From Dicyema japonicum (lineage: Eukaryota; Animalia; Dicyemida), in the NCBI GenBank assembly GCA_011109175.1, contig RDEW01000039.1, positions 124,001 to 188,000 of the forward strand: DNA of 64,000 nt, in the 5' to 3' direction. Under the pieces are notes generated by a model. That model made no database searches, was not told the origin of the DNA, and saw only the letters and a list, made by a program, of their open reading frames with translations. Positions 35,704 to 48,430 of the stretch are shown here, one piece after another. The number at the start of each line of letters is the position of its first letter. The stretch's first letter is position 1. The translations under genes and the position numbers were made by a program.

Positions 35704-37479
35704 TATTAATAAGTTGCGATCTAATTTCTTATATATCACATTTTGCGGTTACAAAATTACCCGGTTTTTTTGCGTAAAATCTTTTACCAAAAATCAAGAC
35801 AAAAATACAAATTTCGACTTTTCCTTTAATTTTACGAATTTTATTCTTAAATTGGATTTTCGGATTTAATGTTTTAATGTGTAAATTATGACAATAAAAT
35901 AACGGAAAAAAATACTTAAAATTTTATAAAATTGAAAAAATTACACAGAATATTTTAGTATTTCTAAACATCAAGTATTTTATGGCGGAAAATTTTCGTC
36001 AGTATAATCTCAAACCCACTCCATTGAGAGGTTTTCTCAACTCCAAGCACTGGGTGTGTTCTCCCTTTCCANCAAACCCACTCCATTGGAGGGGTTTTCT
36101 CAACTCCAAGCACTGGGTGTGTTCTCCCCTTTCCACTCGTTCTGGATAAACTTGTAGAAGGACTCTGCTACTGCGACCGCAGGAACTGGATGCATTTTAT
36201 TAGTTGTTATTTTAACTTTTTAGTATATCCTGGCTTACTAAATAATTGCCTCAATTAGATTTTTCGAAAAAATGACAAAAGTGGAATTTAAGGAGAACAC
36301 TCGATTTTAAGGAATAAAGTTTACTTTCGAATTTGATTTGCTTTCCTTTTCTTTGGAGGTTTCTGGAATAATGGGTGTGGTTTACATTTATCGGAAATAA
36401 ATATGCAGAGAACACACATTTCCTTGTTGATAACAATGAATTTAGTCAATAAATACTGGATACACAAGAAAGAAATAATAATCTGACATTTGGTTTATAA
36501 TAATCTATTTATTTTGAAAATCATTTGGTTTATTATTTTATTAAATAAACCACAAATTCCTACAATAATTTATCTGGATGCTTAGCTGGTTATGCGGTTT
36601 TCATTCTGACATCGGGTTCTCGCGGATTTACCGATCATTTTACTTCTTTAACGTAAACAATGACTTGAAGAAACTACAGGAGTCTTCAAATGTTCATTGC
36701 TGCTCACATCGACACTCAAGCAGGAATTCACTGATCGGTGTAACTTATCCTCCTTCAAATTTCTGACACGTGGTTTAGGTATAAAAATAAAAATCCACTA
36801 TGATGGTTAACCAAATCTGATATAGTCTAATTTTTGGAATTATCCCTCGCACTCTCCTGGGTCCGCTGAGGAAGCTAAGTCATCTTTCGATTTTGGTTAA
36901 TATAAGTGAATCGAAAACCTTTCTTGTAAGTATCTCGGATCTTTGTGGTCAAATCTTCCAGATAATCTTTATAGCGTCTTAGATTTGTTGGAAACCTATT
37001 TCTTTCGGCGATTTTTTGACCTAAAAAGGGATAATTATTATGTTGTGTAATATATAAGCGTTTCGCAGAGCGTTTCAAATAACTCCTAAGGAGCCAGCAA
37101 ACTCCAAGAAAGACTTCAGTTTGGCACGATGATCCTGCCTCTAGCCCACACAAGTACTCATCGGCCGTATAACTGGTTCCTCGAAGTAAGAGAGATGAAT
37201 GCTTTTAATAATAATTTTCAATAACAATAACAACGATTTATTAACAAAAGAGTTAAGGAGTTTTCTGGAGGGTATTACATATGAGTCCTACCATAAGGCT
37301 TGGAATCCACACACAATAATTTTTGGTTCTTGTTTAGTTGATGAGCGCACTTTCCTGCAAGAAAATCAATATATGAAATTTTTTTAGTTAAAAATTAAAC
37401 ATTTAATTTTTATTCACTTAATAGTTTTAATATTCTATTTAATAATTTTTTTTGAATTTTTTACTTTAAGTATGTTGAT

Positions 37480-38460
37480 CTTTTGAGAGGCCTTCGTACA
37501 TTGTTCTTTCATACGTTTCGAAAAAGTTAGTAGTTGGTCATAAATAACTCCAAGTATTTTGGGATGCTTCGTAATGGTGAGTGGTTGTCCATGAATTGTT
37601 AAAATTGGCTGAAAATTTTAGTTGGCGGCAGTTGGACGTGAATACAGTGATGGTGAGCCACTCTTCAAGAGTGTTCAAATGGTTTGAACATCCTTCGTTG
37701 CTTCGTTAACGTGTTTTTCTTTAGAGGCGAAAATCAGGTCATCCGCATACGATAAAAGTGTCTTGGAATTGGTTGGAATGTCGCTTAGGTGCAAGTTGAA
37801 TACGGTAGGAGACAAAACGGAGCCTTGGAAAACTCCATTTGGAAGGAGTCGATAGTGAGATAGACAGGACATAATTTCAGCCCGACCATTTCTCCCCGAG
37901 AGAAAATTTGTTAGCCAATTTTGAAGACGTGAAGGAATTCGAGATGCAAGAATTTTGTTACTTAGGACCCACCTTGATGTTCGATCAAACGCCTTGGTTA
38001 GGTCAATCGATGCAAGGATAGTCCGTTTGGGAGGATTACAATTGCGATATATTGAGTTAGGTTAGTGAGATGTGTTGATGTGGAGTATTGTGGACGATGT
38101 TGAAAATCTGGGAAGAGTAGATATCCGATATTCGTTTTGATACCACACGTTCAACAATTTTTAATACTACAAATAGTAGTGAAATTGATCTGAAAGATCT
38201 CGGATTAAAAGGATTTTTTGGGCTTCAGGATTGGGATTATTTTGGATTTTTTACATAGAGAGGAATTCGGCAGTTGTTGGTGGACACAGAAATTATGTTT
38301 GTCATTGCCTTGAGTCCTTGCATTCCAAGGTGCTTTAAATGCAGATTCCATCAAGCCCTTTGGCAGGAGAGTTTTTGGCGTTTTGATGAGTTTTTCGACA
38401 TCAGACGTACTGATTTCAATCTGTTTTCCTTTAGGAGTTTGAACGTTTTTCAATTTGCAT
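37480..38460 (-). mobile_element. Jockey/I-like LINE RT relic
   Basis: KIIPILKPKK, SIDLTKAFD, NGVFQGSVLSPTVFNLHLSDIP, SYADDL. Confidence 0.85.
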
Positions 38461-38519
38461 GGAAGGGAGCATAGAGCACTAAATAATAATTATAAAATTT
38501 TAAATATTTAATTTTTAAC

Positions 38520-38650
38520 TAAAAATCGGGGTGAAATTGGCCCACCGCAAGAAATACGTGCGGGAAGCGGTCTGGCTGAGGCAACGAATTGGTATCGCAG
38601 TTGTCCGCGAAAACGCTTACTCCGTGATATCAGCAGCCGCTCTCCCCCAT
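38520..38650 (+). mobile_element. CRE-clade extreme 3' end
   Basis: REAVWLRQRIGIAVVRENA. The start matches 26340-26385. Confidence 0.6.
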
Positions 38651-39179
38651 AGTTAATAAACAACATTCTATTGTTAATAAATTTTTCAACTAAAAAATTA
38701 TCATATATTGATTTTGTTGAAGTAAAGTGGCGGTCATCAATTGAATAAGTACCTTTTTTCTTTTAGCCTGATTTTTTGCGAGCATTTAGTTTAAACGGGA
38801 GGACCACCGCATCGTAGGTATCTCTAATCTCTTTGAAAATCAGTGACACGTATCGAGTTTCTGACAGCCGTAGCGTCAAACAGAGGGTCGTCTGGCATGC
38901 AAAGGCGTGCCAAAGCTTTCTGTTTCCCGGTGCGAGTGTATAATAATGATGCCCTTATAACTAACTTAAAAAATCTGGACTAAATTAATTATAGATGCTG
39001 TTAGTTCTACAAGGGAATTCACAGCGAACACGCACTAACTTTCCTTCAATTTGGACCTAACGAGATTTGAACCCAGACATCGATGGATTCGATATTGTTT
39101 ATTTCCGATGTCTTCATATTCAAGAGATGAAGACATAAGTAAGTCATGCCGTATCAGAACTACGTCATCAACTCAACCT

Positions 39180-39530
39180 TATTTATTTACTCCCAGTCCC
39201 TTCAAGTTAAGGAAACCGGAAGGCTAACACAAAAGTAGCAACCAAAAGCGGATGCCCTCAGATCATTTAAATGTATTTATGTCGCAGAAATTGAAGATGG
39301 CCAAAAACAAGAGAAGGGATGGTCATCTAGGAGGCAGAGTAAACCGATTCTGTTCATAGTCATATAAGGCTGTATGATGACCACAGCGGAGGTGCGCCAA
39401 AACGGACAGAAAGTTCCCGTAGTATGGAAGCTCGTTTCCATCAATGTTAGGGGACGCCCATAAGTTTTTCGATACCAATGGTCTTGATGAAACACGTAGC
39501 TTAACCTTCTGAGTAATCAAAACACTATTA
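39180..39530 (-). mobile_element. Jockey/I-like LINE 3' end with tail
   Basis: LAHLRCGHH, plus tail cttgaagggactgggagtaaataaat. Confidence 0.65.
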
Positions 39531-39689
39531 TTTACTTATCCACCTCTCTTCTGTAATAGATTCGGTCGGTACAAGCAGATGTTCTCCCTTGACTTCCTTC
39601 CTTGGATTAATTAGTTAGGACTGTTTGTCCTGGGCTTACCAAAAATTGTACGTCTGTGGTTATTAAATAAATCATTCGAACCTTTTGAT

Positions 39690-39930
39690 TCTAAAAGTAA
39701 TAGTTAGGACTCCCAAGCTGAGTTTTCTTTTCCTCAATTCTTTTGTTCAGACTCTCGAGCAAACAGAATCCTCCACTAGCATATCCTTCGCCGATCGTCC
39801 CAATGTCGATATCAGTTTTACATGAGGTGTCTCGTGTGACCAACCCATATTTATGTTCTACTCTTAAGAGTCTTCTGATCGATCTGACCACATGCCGTAG
39901 AATGTCATCTACGTGCTCATAGAACTTGTT
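39690..39930 (-). mobile_element. R4-like fragment (post-zinc-knuckle region)
   Basis: RHVVRSIRRLL..KYGL parallels RHNEVVRSLHLLLCNKYGI at 59742..60014. Confidence 0.4.
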
Positions 39931-40038
39931 CAGAATACCATCTCAGGTTCACTTTATCATTATAGATTGATGATAATTCACCCACCACCATACAGTACTT
40001 AATAAATAATTTAAATAAATAAAATAAATTTATTAGAA

Positions 40039-40290
40039 TCAGGATAATATATTACATTTGGATAAAGAGCATATTTTAATAGCGTCCTCATAACACGGAG
40101 GATTGCCCAAGCACTCTGAATATTTGGGGGATATGTCATTTGATATAGCGTCTAACACTAAAAATAATCATTTACTTTGTTCAGATTTTTTATAATAAAC
40201 TGCAAATATGACGATCACAATAAAGACGATAGAAACTGCGACAACTGCTGCCAATAATCCTACTGTTGACTTATAAATTACGAATACCAT
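40039..40290 (-). CDS. Small single-pass membrane protein with PY-type motifs (candidate)
   Basis: TM segment VGLLAAVVAVSIVFIVIVIFAVYY-KK. Removing the 18-nt GT-AG at 40158-40175 gives a tail with PKYSE and PPCYEDA. Confidence 0.4.
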
Positions 40291-41199
40291 CACTGTTTTT
40301 TGAAAATGGATAAGTTTGAGATGTGCTATTTGTGACAAGTGTATGCATTGACGTGTGCTTAACGGATGGAATTTAAATGATCAATTCGCACAGTCATGAT
40401 GACCTAGCTTCGACTAAATTATTAGTCAAAATTAAGCCTTCCTCAGTTCTCTAAAAATATCTCCGGTGCTTCTGTTCAGACGGAATCCCCATTGATAATC
40501 AGAAGGAAGGTTGCTTTTTTCAATAACAGCCGATAATCGATTAAAACACCCTTTTAGAACAGATAAGGCTAATTGGGCTATAATTTTCGGCATTTGACTT
40601 TGGTTTTCCTTTATTCGCAACCATGTGAACAATTATCCGTTTCCATGTTGATGGAACATATGTGCAGAAGGAATTATGCAAAGTTTTTACACATTGACTA
40701 ACATTGGGTCTGGATTCTTAAATATTCTCATCCAGGACCTTTTATTCTTACAACCATCTCTCCATGGGAAGTCGACACAAAAAACCGTTAAGTATCGATA
40801 TTCTTTCAGAACTTTTTATTTTTTTCCTATATTTTCAACTAAAATAAAGATGTTGAGTCCACTTATTTTATATTAGCCAGTTGGTCTTGCAATGATTCTA
40901 CTTCTTTTGTGATCATGGTATCGTCGGGGGATTGAATTTCACCGACAAAGTTTTCATTTTCCAGCCAGTATCCTCAATCCGTTGATATGTTCATTATTCT
41001 TTTTACAGAATCCAGGAATGTTGCTGTTCCTTGGTCATCAACGTAATCACATATGGCGAAAGAACTCTTCAGTAGTTGTGAATGAAAGTTCTTAATAGAC
41101 CCACTATCCTCGAGTTTGACAAATTGTTAGACAATTTCTCAACAATAGTGACTGGATCCCCATACGGATGTTCAAAATTTTTTAATCGAGAGAAAGATT

Positions 41200-41790
41200 A
41201 GCGTATAATCTTTTTGAATACGAACCTGTATGCGGACTCACAAATGCCGATGTGGCGCCACCGTCGATTGCTATGGACACCATGCTCTCTCGTGTTTAAG
41301 AAGTGCAGGACGATTTCCAAGACACAAGGTGATCAAAAGAATTATCAAACGAGCCTTGGAGTCTACGGGATACCCCGCCATACTTGAACCTGTTGGCCTG
41401 GACAGAAGAGACGGAAAACGTCCCGACGGGATCACAATTTTCCCATTCGAAGAGAGGAAACCTTTGGTCTGAAACGCTACTAATGTCGACCCACTTTGCC
41501 CGTCCAACATTGTCGGGAGCGCGGTAAACACACTGTATGCCGCGGAAAAAACGATGAGGGCAAAGGAAAAGAAATACGAATAGCTACGCGACCGATTCAC
41601 TTTCTATCCGATTGTGGTCGAGACAACTGGAGGAATAAGTGGAAAATCGCTTCGCTTCCTAAAGAAACGGACACCTAGCTACACTAAAAAGCCACGACGC
41701 GCGTGAGACCAGGTGGCTTCTCTAGTTGATCTCTGTTGCAATCGTGAGAGGCAACGCAACGTCGATAATGTCGGCGGGGTCCTCTTTGGA
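41200..41790 (+). mobile_element. CRE-clade 3' end (zinc knuckle plus RLE)
   Basis: HKCRCGATVDCYGHHALSC, GRFPRH, EPVGLDRRDGKRPDGITIFPF, IVVET, IVRGNA. Confidence 0.9.
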
Positions 41791-41794
41791 TGGA

Positions 41795-41990
41795 TTATTA
41801 TTATTTATTAACCCCGGATACACCGAGAAAGAAGTTAAAGTAACCAACTAATTAAGTGCATCCAGTTTCCACTTCTACAGAAACAGAGTCCACCCGGAAT
41901 CAGCATAAAAGGTAAGACGTCCATTACATGCAGTTGTGGAAACCCTCCAGTGGAGTGGGGAAGAGCAAATGATCCTTTTCAAGACTGCAA
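41795..41990 (-). mobile_element. SINE family 2, 3' part
   Basis: Near-identical to 52170-52350. Confidence 0.8.
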
Positions 41991-42172
41991 ATTCAAAGTT
42001 AAACTGGAACTCGTCATCCTTACTAATAAATAACAATAAAAACCTTTAGTATAAGTGTCGGGATTTTCTACAACTTCCAATTCTTCAATATTTAAACTTT
42101 CTGGATTTTCGTGAACATTTGATTCAATGTTGAATCCAGGAATACCACGACATCTTTGGTATAAACTATCGC

Positions 42173-42430
42173 TTACAAAATAAAAAAATCTAATTTACAT
42201 GTGAATGAGTGAGCTCTCTGATTGTACAAAAACACAGCCTTTCGAATGTGCTTTATCCACTCGTTCTTGTCATCCGAAGTCATCAATTTTGATAAAACTT
42301 GTTGTGATCGTCTAATTGAATCTTTAACAATCTCCTGACTCGGATTGTTCGGCCTTACATGGATTTGAGTGTTGTTAAACTCTTCGCACAACACAGCCCT
42401 GGAACGCTCGCGACATAATGATGTCATCAA
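42173..42430 (-). mobile_element. Ty3/gypsy-type (DDE) integrase C-terminal core relic
   Basis: PNNPSQEIVKDSIRRSQQVLSK..EWIKHIRKAVFLYNQRAHSFT parallels PYHPQSNGxVERxNRT..W..L..YN..HS.T. Confidence 0.5.
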
Positions 42431-42639
42431 TATCTACAGATTTTGAAATCTGAGGGAGCTTACCACTTCCCTATATCACTCCTGTTCCACATTAGATACT
42501 TAGGTTCTCAGGTATTATGAAAAGACAAAGCCTGTCTCCACTGTAATACGTAAAAATAATCTTAAAAGAGGTTAAGATCTTTAATTCCCCAGACTTCTCC
42601 CAATGTAAGAAACAGCTTACGCCCTGATTCGTTTAAAAA

Positions 42640-43085
42640 ACCCTTAATTAGCATTTTTTCGAGTTAATACCACTAATCAATATAGTTGTGGGAACTCCTC
42701 CAGTGAAGTTGGGGAGAGCAGATGATCTTTTTCCGTGTACACTTGCACAACGTCACTCTCGTAAAACAAGAAAAAAAAAACAGAAGAAATAAAGATAAAC
42801 CTTCGACCAGTAACCTGTAGGGGGAAATGAATGGACAATTCGTATAAAATAACCAAACAACTAATTCCTCGATCATGACGGGTTCCAGCAGGATCTTGAC
42901 CCAAGAACTTTATCCTGGGAACTGAAGTCGATTCAAGAATTATCTCCCGGTAGAATAAATAGTTAAATCCTTTAGAATGCCGACCAGGCATAGAGCGTCT
43001 TCTAGGGTGGATCCAATGACGTCATCAGAAGGAAGAGAAATTTTCAACCAATGAGCCACATAGCATTACATGCGAAATATTATTA
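42640..43085 (-). mobile_element. SINE family 2, diverged copy
   Basis: gaaaaagatcatctgctctccccaacttcactggagg core. The 5' part gtggctcattggttgaaa is also related to 34860-34990. Confidence 0.5.
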
Positions 43086-43109
43086 ATAATGATAACACCA
43101 GAGACCATG

Positions 43110-43290
43110 GTTGCACAAACTAACTAATCACGTGATCCCAGCACGCTCTAGCAGGGACTTTATCTTAGCCTGATGCTCCCCCCTCGACCCCACACAAGCA
43201 CGTATCGGTCGAGTGACTGGATCTTCGCAGTCACGACGGCGCGTTCCATGGTTCATTCGTATCAAGGCTTCAAAAGGCAATGGTGGATGG
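43110..43290 (-). mobile_element. 3' end of a further LINE family (also about 33030, 34800, 37100, 51570-51900, 58095-58330)
   Basis: ORF end TDTCLCGVEG..LLERAGIT-stop. Tail gggatcacgtgattagttagtt recurs at the listed sites. Confidence 0.6.
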
Positions 43291-43319
43291 AACTTTCCAG
43301 AAATCGTAGTATCAACTAG

Positions 43320-44005
43320 TTAGTAAGTAACCCCAGCCTCACTAACTTGTAGGAGGCCAGCAGCTATTAAATAGGACGCAGCAGATGTTGGTCGCTCCCA
43401 TTGATCGGTCAGTTCCGGCATTGTGGAAAAACGTTGTGCCAATTCATGACATTGCAATAAATGATTTGTTGTCAGCACGTGGAGGTTGCAAAAGGGGCAG
43501 AGTATATCATATGTTGGTAGATATAGGTGGTGCCCACATCGTAGACGAGCCAGATTTACTCGGACGTCTTTCGGAAGAGAGGATTCTGATTGGTCTATTG
43601 GAGGAGGGTGCCGGTGTAGTATTTTATTATCTTCGAGTTTTCGGATGCTTCTCGTAGAAATAAAATCGTGTATCTGTTTCAGACGACTCCTGTCATTGGG
43701 GAAGAATGGATGATAGCATTCGAGACAGGTCACCGGTTTTCATAATAATTTTTCTTTTTTTTGCGGCTTGCAGAAAAAGTGGCAGGGGTGGTCTAGGTTG
43801 TAGGTTTGAGAGAGAAACTGCAGGGCTCTCATTTCCAGATGGTCTCCAATTGGAAGGATCTTTGACTCCCAATGTAGATGATCGACAGGGGTTGATCTGA
43901 GACATCCAGTAATTATCCTGAGCGCGATGTTTTGTACTTTTTGTAGTTTGTCAATAGAAGTAAGAAAGGCAGAGGCTGACCAACAAGGGCTTTCATAGTT
44001 AATAG
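43320..44005 (-). mobile_element. Jockey/I-like LINE 3' region with CCHC-like knuckle
   Basis: NYESPCWSA, NKILHRHPPPIDQSE, LARLRCGHH, CPFC..TTNHLLQC. Confidence 0.8.
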
Positions 44006-44022
44006 TTGTTCGAATGTCTTAA

Positions 44023-44229
44023 CAGCCTTTTTCACGGAGCCGTGGTATTAGCCCCGCATAGGCAGGACACACACTTTATTTAAGTTAAAGAACAGTTAAT
44101 TTTAACTAATCGTAGAACCAAGGAATGATCTTCACTTCTTTTTTTTCTTTTTCTTGTGTGAGTGTCCTTTCTAGACAATCCAGTTCCGCAGTGAGTATTC
44201 ACTGATGACGGCGTCACTCGTCAAACCGT
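44023..44229 (-). mobile_element. SINE family 1, young 5'-truncated copy with 14-bp TSD
   Basis: ttcgaatgtcttaa occurs at 44009-44022 and 44230-44243. The body is close to 18865-19065. Confidence 0.88.
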
Positions 44230-44388
44230 TTCGAATGTCTTAATATCAACTAAACCACCTGATCTACAATTTAATTTAACAATCCCGTTTAATTTATAAA
44301 TTATCAAAATTAATTAATAAATGTTGAATTAATTTGTTGCTTAATTAGCTTCACTGTTGATATTATTCGATTTTATTGCATTAGAGTA

Positions 44389-46161
44389 ATGGCAAATGAT
44401 CAGTCAATTCACCTTGATGTTATTTGGCTTCATAGAGATGATCCAATTCCAGTGCAAATTACTTTTCACTCACTCTATATGACCATAGCTACTACGGCAG
44501 CTGGCAGTGAAATTGAAGATTTTGACGTTTATACTTATCATTTAGAATAGATTCTTTTTCGAAAATATTGACTTTTGTGAAAAAATCAATATGACAGGGT
44601 CTTATACGGTGGTCATTCATCTCAAGGATCTACGGATCTTCAATCTTAAGATCTCTAGATTACCTGACAACTTTTACAACGTTCTTGAGAGGAATATACT
44701 ATCAAGTCTTAAAATATGTAATTTATAGCCAATCAGGGGAATTGGACGATTCAACCCTTATAGCCTTTACATACCCAAAAGATGTCTCCAACCCTGAACT
44801 GGACGGGTGGAATCTCGTGGATTTGGTGACAGAAATGGAACAAATTGTCGACAGAAATGCTAAGCTAAGAATAAGCAAGGTGAACATGGATTATAAAGTA
44901 AAAGTGTAAAATATTGAGATTTGCACGACTTATCCACTTTTGGTAGTTGTCCCGTCCTCCATGGATGATTCCATGGTCATGAAGATTTCTGGTTTTCGTG
45001 AAAACTTTTGTTTCCCATTTGTGTTTATTCATGCAAAAATAATATGGTTTTACTCGATTTTGATCAAGTCCATGCTTATTCGAAGTTCTCAGCCTCTCCT
45101 CCTCAAGAAGAGGGAATATATGGAAGAAGTTAGGTACCTGAATTCCTTTTCTCCAAACAATAAGAACTGGATTTTGGATCTCCGATCTCAGGGAGATATC
45201 AAAGCCAACGAACAGAATGGTGGATGATCTAACCATCTATTTTAGGTGGTGGGAAGGAGATCCAAGAATATTGTCCTTTTTGGAAAATTTTTGTGGTATC
45301 GATGGAAAAGACCAGCAAACTCATCAATAAATTCGACGACGTTGTTAGGGGTACTTCAATCCTTACATTCTAGCATCTTCCGACGCGTCTAAATTTTACC
45401 CACGTGTCGTAGACTCAGATTGGATATCTAGCATAGAATTTGTTTTGGATTTATCTTTGAAAATTATCCGTAAAATGACGAAGGAATGTTTAATGTTTGA
45501 CTAATTTTTAGCCACGGCCGTTCTTATTCACGGAAGGCACAGCAATTCTCGTAGTTTGTTGATAACTTCACTGGTTATGATCATTCTGGATCCGGAATTC
45601 CGTACTTACAGGGGATTTCATCGACTCATTTTCCGTGAATGGCTATGGGGAGCTTTTAAATTTTCAAGTCGATCCAAATCAGTTTTATTCGTCATGTTTT
45701 TGGACTGTATTTGGCAGGCAAGATCATTTCATGACTTTTAGCTGATGCATCAGTTCCCCACATTGTTTGACTTTAATGAAAGGCTTTTACTCCTTTTATT
45801 TTGCCATTCGAGGTCCTCCAAATTTGGGACCTTTATTGGAAACTCAGAATACCAAAGGAACCTTCACAGACTGGCCGATAGGACGAATTCTATCTGGTTT
45901 CCTATAAATGGGTATTTTAGGTCATTCACTATGGAAAATTACTCCAAATATAACAACTCCTGCTATAAACCCGGGGAATTGTCGGTCGATCATCTCAATC
46001 TCCAGGATCTAGTAATATTATCAATTATTGATATTAAAAGAAAGTTTGGACACGTTTGTACGGGAGAGGTGATCACGTGCCTTCTGCACCATGTGTACGA
46101 GTTTCCATTGATGAACGCATTAACAAACTTTATTCTTTGTCGAAACAAATTCACTCGCTGA
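44389..46161 (+). CDS. MTMR9: Myotubularin-related protein 9-like (catalytically inactive)
   Basis: VIHLKDLR (PH-GRAM-like), DGWNL, RISKVNMDYK|ICTTYPLLVVVP, FRE..FP, MLIRSSQP, VLIHGRHSNSR, IILDPEFRTYRGF..LIFREWL, FLDCIWQ, QFPTLFDFNE, SKFGTFIGN. Confidence 0.85.
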
Positions 46162-48089
46162 GGAAGTTTTTATTATTTATTTTTGTAGAATTAATGAAAC
46201 ATTTTTGAATAATTAAATTTAATTATTTTTAACATTATTACAATTTTTTCAGTTTATTGTTATTAATTTTGTCACTGTCTACGAGAAGTCGAAGGATTCT
46301 GTTCTACTCAGTACCATCATCAGCTTCATGTGGTCCACCTGTATCATTGGACGCCCAGTGCTTGTCGGGATTCAAAAGGGTCATTTTTTCTTGTTGAATA
46401 CCCGGTCCTTCTTCTATTGATGAAGTTTTTTATTTATTATTTATTAGAACCCCGGGATCACCGAGAAAGAAAGACGGAAAAGACGTCAAACAGTTAGGTA
46501 ATCCCAGTTCCCGCAATCAAACGAGCCATTCAACGTCTGTGGTCTCCCATTGTTCCCACTACCGTGTGGAAGAGCCTTTTCCATGGGTGGGTTAACAATG
46601 GCGAATATAGATGGTCGTGATGCTTGAAAGGATTAGTGTTTGGTGACGATATACCTTAATTGTGCATTAATTAACTCTTAACCTCTTTTCGGTATACCAT
46701 AGGTTATTAAATAAATAACATCTACAAACAAGACATCGAACCATGCATTTCTTACGTATGTCCATCGTGGGGTATATATCCCTCTTTTCGACAAATGCCG
46801 TGGAGATCGAAGCTACTTAAAAAACGTCAGAGCGACGGATTTATGAACTTCTGGGAAGAGCTGCTCCTCCTCAGCTCCTAGGAATCCCTAATTCGTAAGA
46901 ACCGATTGGTGCGTCTGTCATCATCATGTTTTAAGCCTACCTACGGGTCATTGCTGTAACATGACGGAATTGATTGGTTACTTTGGTCTATCGTGGTATT
47001 TGGAGACATCCTTAGTGGAGTGGGGGAGGACAAATGATCCTTTTCAGGCTACCATAGCAATTGGACGTCACTTGAGACAGGTGGATGACATGGTTTCTTT
47101 AGCTACTTTAAATGTATGATTATGCAAAAGTTCATCCATAAATATTCTCGAAACATGAACAAGCAGTGATTACAAGTGACTTAAAACAAAACATCATTAG
47201 GTATTTTCTAAGCACATGGAAGAATGATGTACTTTATCGATTTACCAATAAACTAAACTTCACATTCTCTGAAGATGTATTTTAATGTGCTCTGAGAATT
47301 GTATTAAATTGACCCCAACTTCGCTCACATATATGAAGCTGGCAACCGCTATGAGGGAAGCCTCAAAGACAGGTCACTCCTAAAGATCCTTTATTTTCAC
47401 GTCTGATTCTAGTCGTCCGAGACAAACATTTTAGTAACCACAAAGTCCAATTAAATTATTAACCTCAGTTTCGCTAACATGTAGGAAACTGGAAACCGCC
47501 AAAAAACGCGCCACTAAGACAAGGCGCTCCCAGATATCTATTACTTTGACGTCGAGTCTGGAGGTCCAGGGCAAGCAAAGAGATCCCGAATTTCTCTCCT
47601 AACCAGAGACTGATGATGTCCTCGTGGTAAACGAACAAGTTCCACTCTGACAACGCTCAAAGAAGCAGTTCTGAAGTGCTAATCTTAGGAGGTATGCGCT
47701 CCTGTATCTTGTTCTCTTCGAAGGTTCATATCGCACGTGTAGATACAAAGTCATGTATACATTTTGTCCAGGTTTGGTCTTTTGTCAGAGGTCGGATTTT
47801 CTTAAGTGTTTTTTGATGATCAGTGAATTTTCTCCGTGTGTTTCTAAGGTTTGTGTAATTAAGCAATGTGAAGGTTGAATGGTTTAGTTTGTGGATTTAA
47901 GCATTGCAAAGTGATCTTCGTAGAATTTGCTCACAATAGGATCCCTTGTGAGCACTATTGGTACTGTCTACTCTAGGAGTGTGAATTAATGGCAATTCAG
48001 CAAAGTTTTCTAAAATTTCTTAATTTCCATTTAAAGTTTTTCATTTTTTTTTAAATTTTATGGTTTTATTATAAAATGAATAAAAATTA

Positions 48090-48430
48090 AATTAAGGCAT
48101 CTGAATGGCCATGCTATTTCCCCTAACAATAGCCAACGAGATACGTTCTCGGAACCAACCAGTCTCTCGCGGATTCTTGGTCACAGCTTGAATCATGGAG
48201 CCGATCTTACGAACCAACTCATCTGCTTAGAGGCCAAGGATTCCTGACGTTTCCACCGCGAATGGAACAAAAAGATACTCCTCCGAAATTCTCTGGTACT
48301 TCCTCCTCTTTCGTTCCTCGGCCTGCTTTGAAGCATGTCCTGGGTCTGAAGCAGAAGCAACCAAATTAGACGGGGAATAAGTATCAACACACGTCGCGTC
48401 CCAGATCAAGTTTCGTCCGTTGGCGAATGG
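48090..48430 (-). mobile_element. CRE-clade RLE 3' fragment (well preserved)
   Basis: LIWDATCVDT, QAEERKRRKY, FVPFAVETSG, RETGWFRERISLAIVRGN. Confidence 0.9.

Noticed and set aside
36011-36136. Duplication of about 61 bp
   Set aside because: It flanks the N at 36072 and is most likely a scaffolding artefact.
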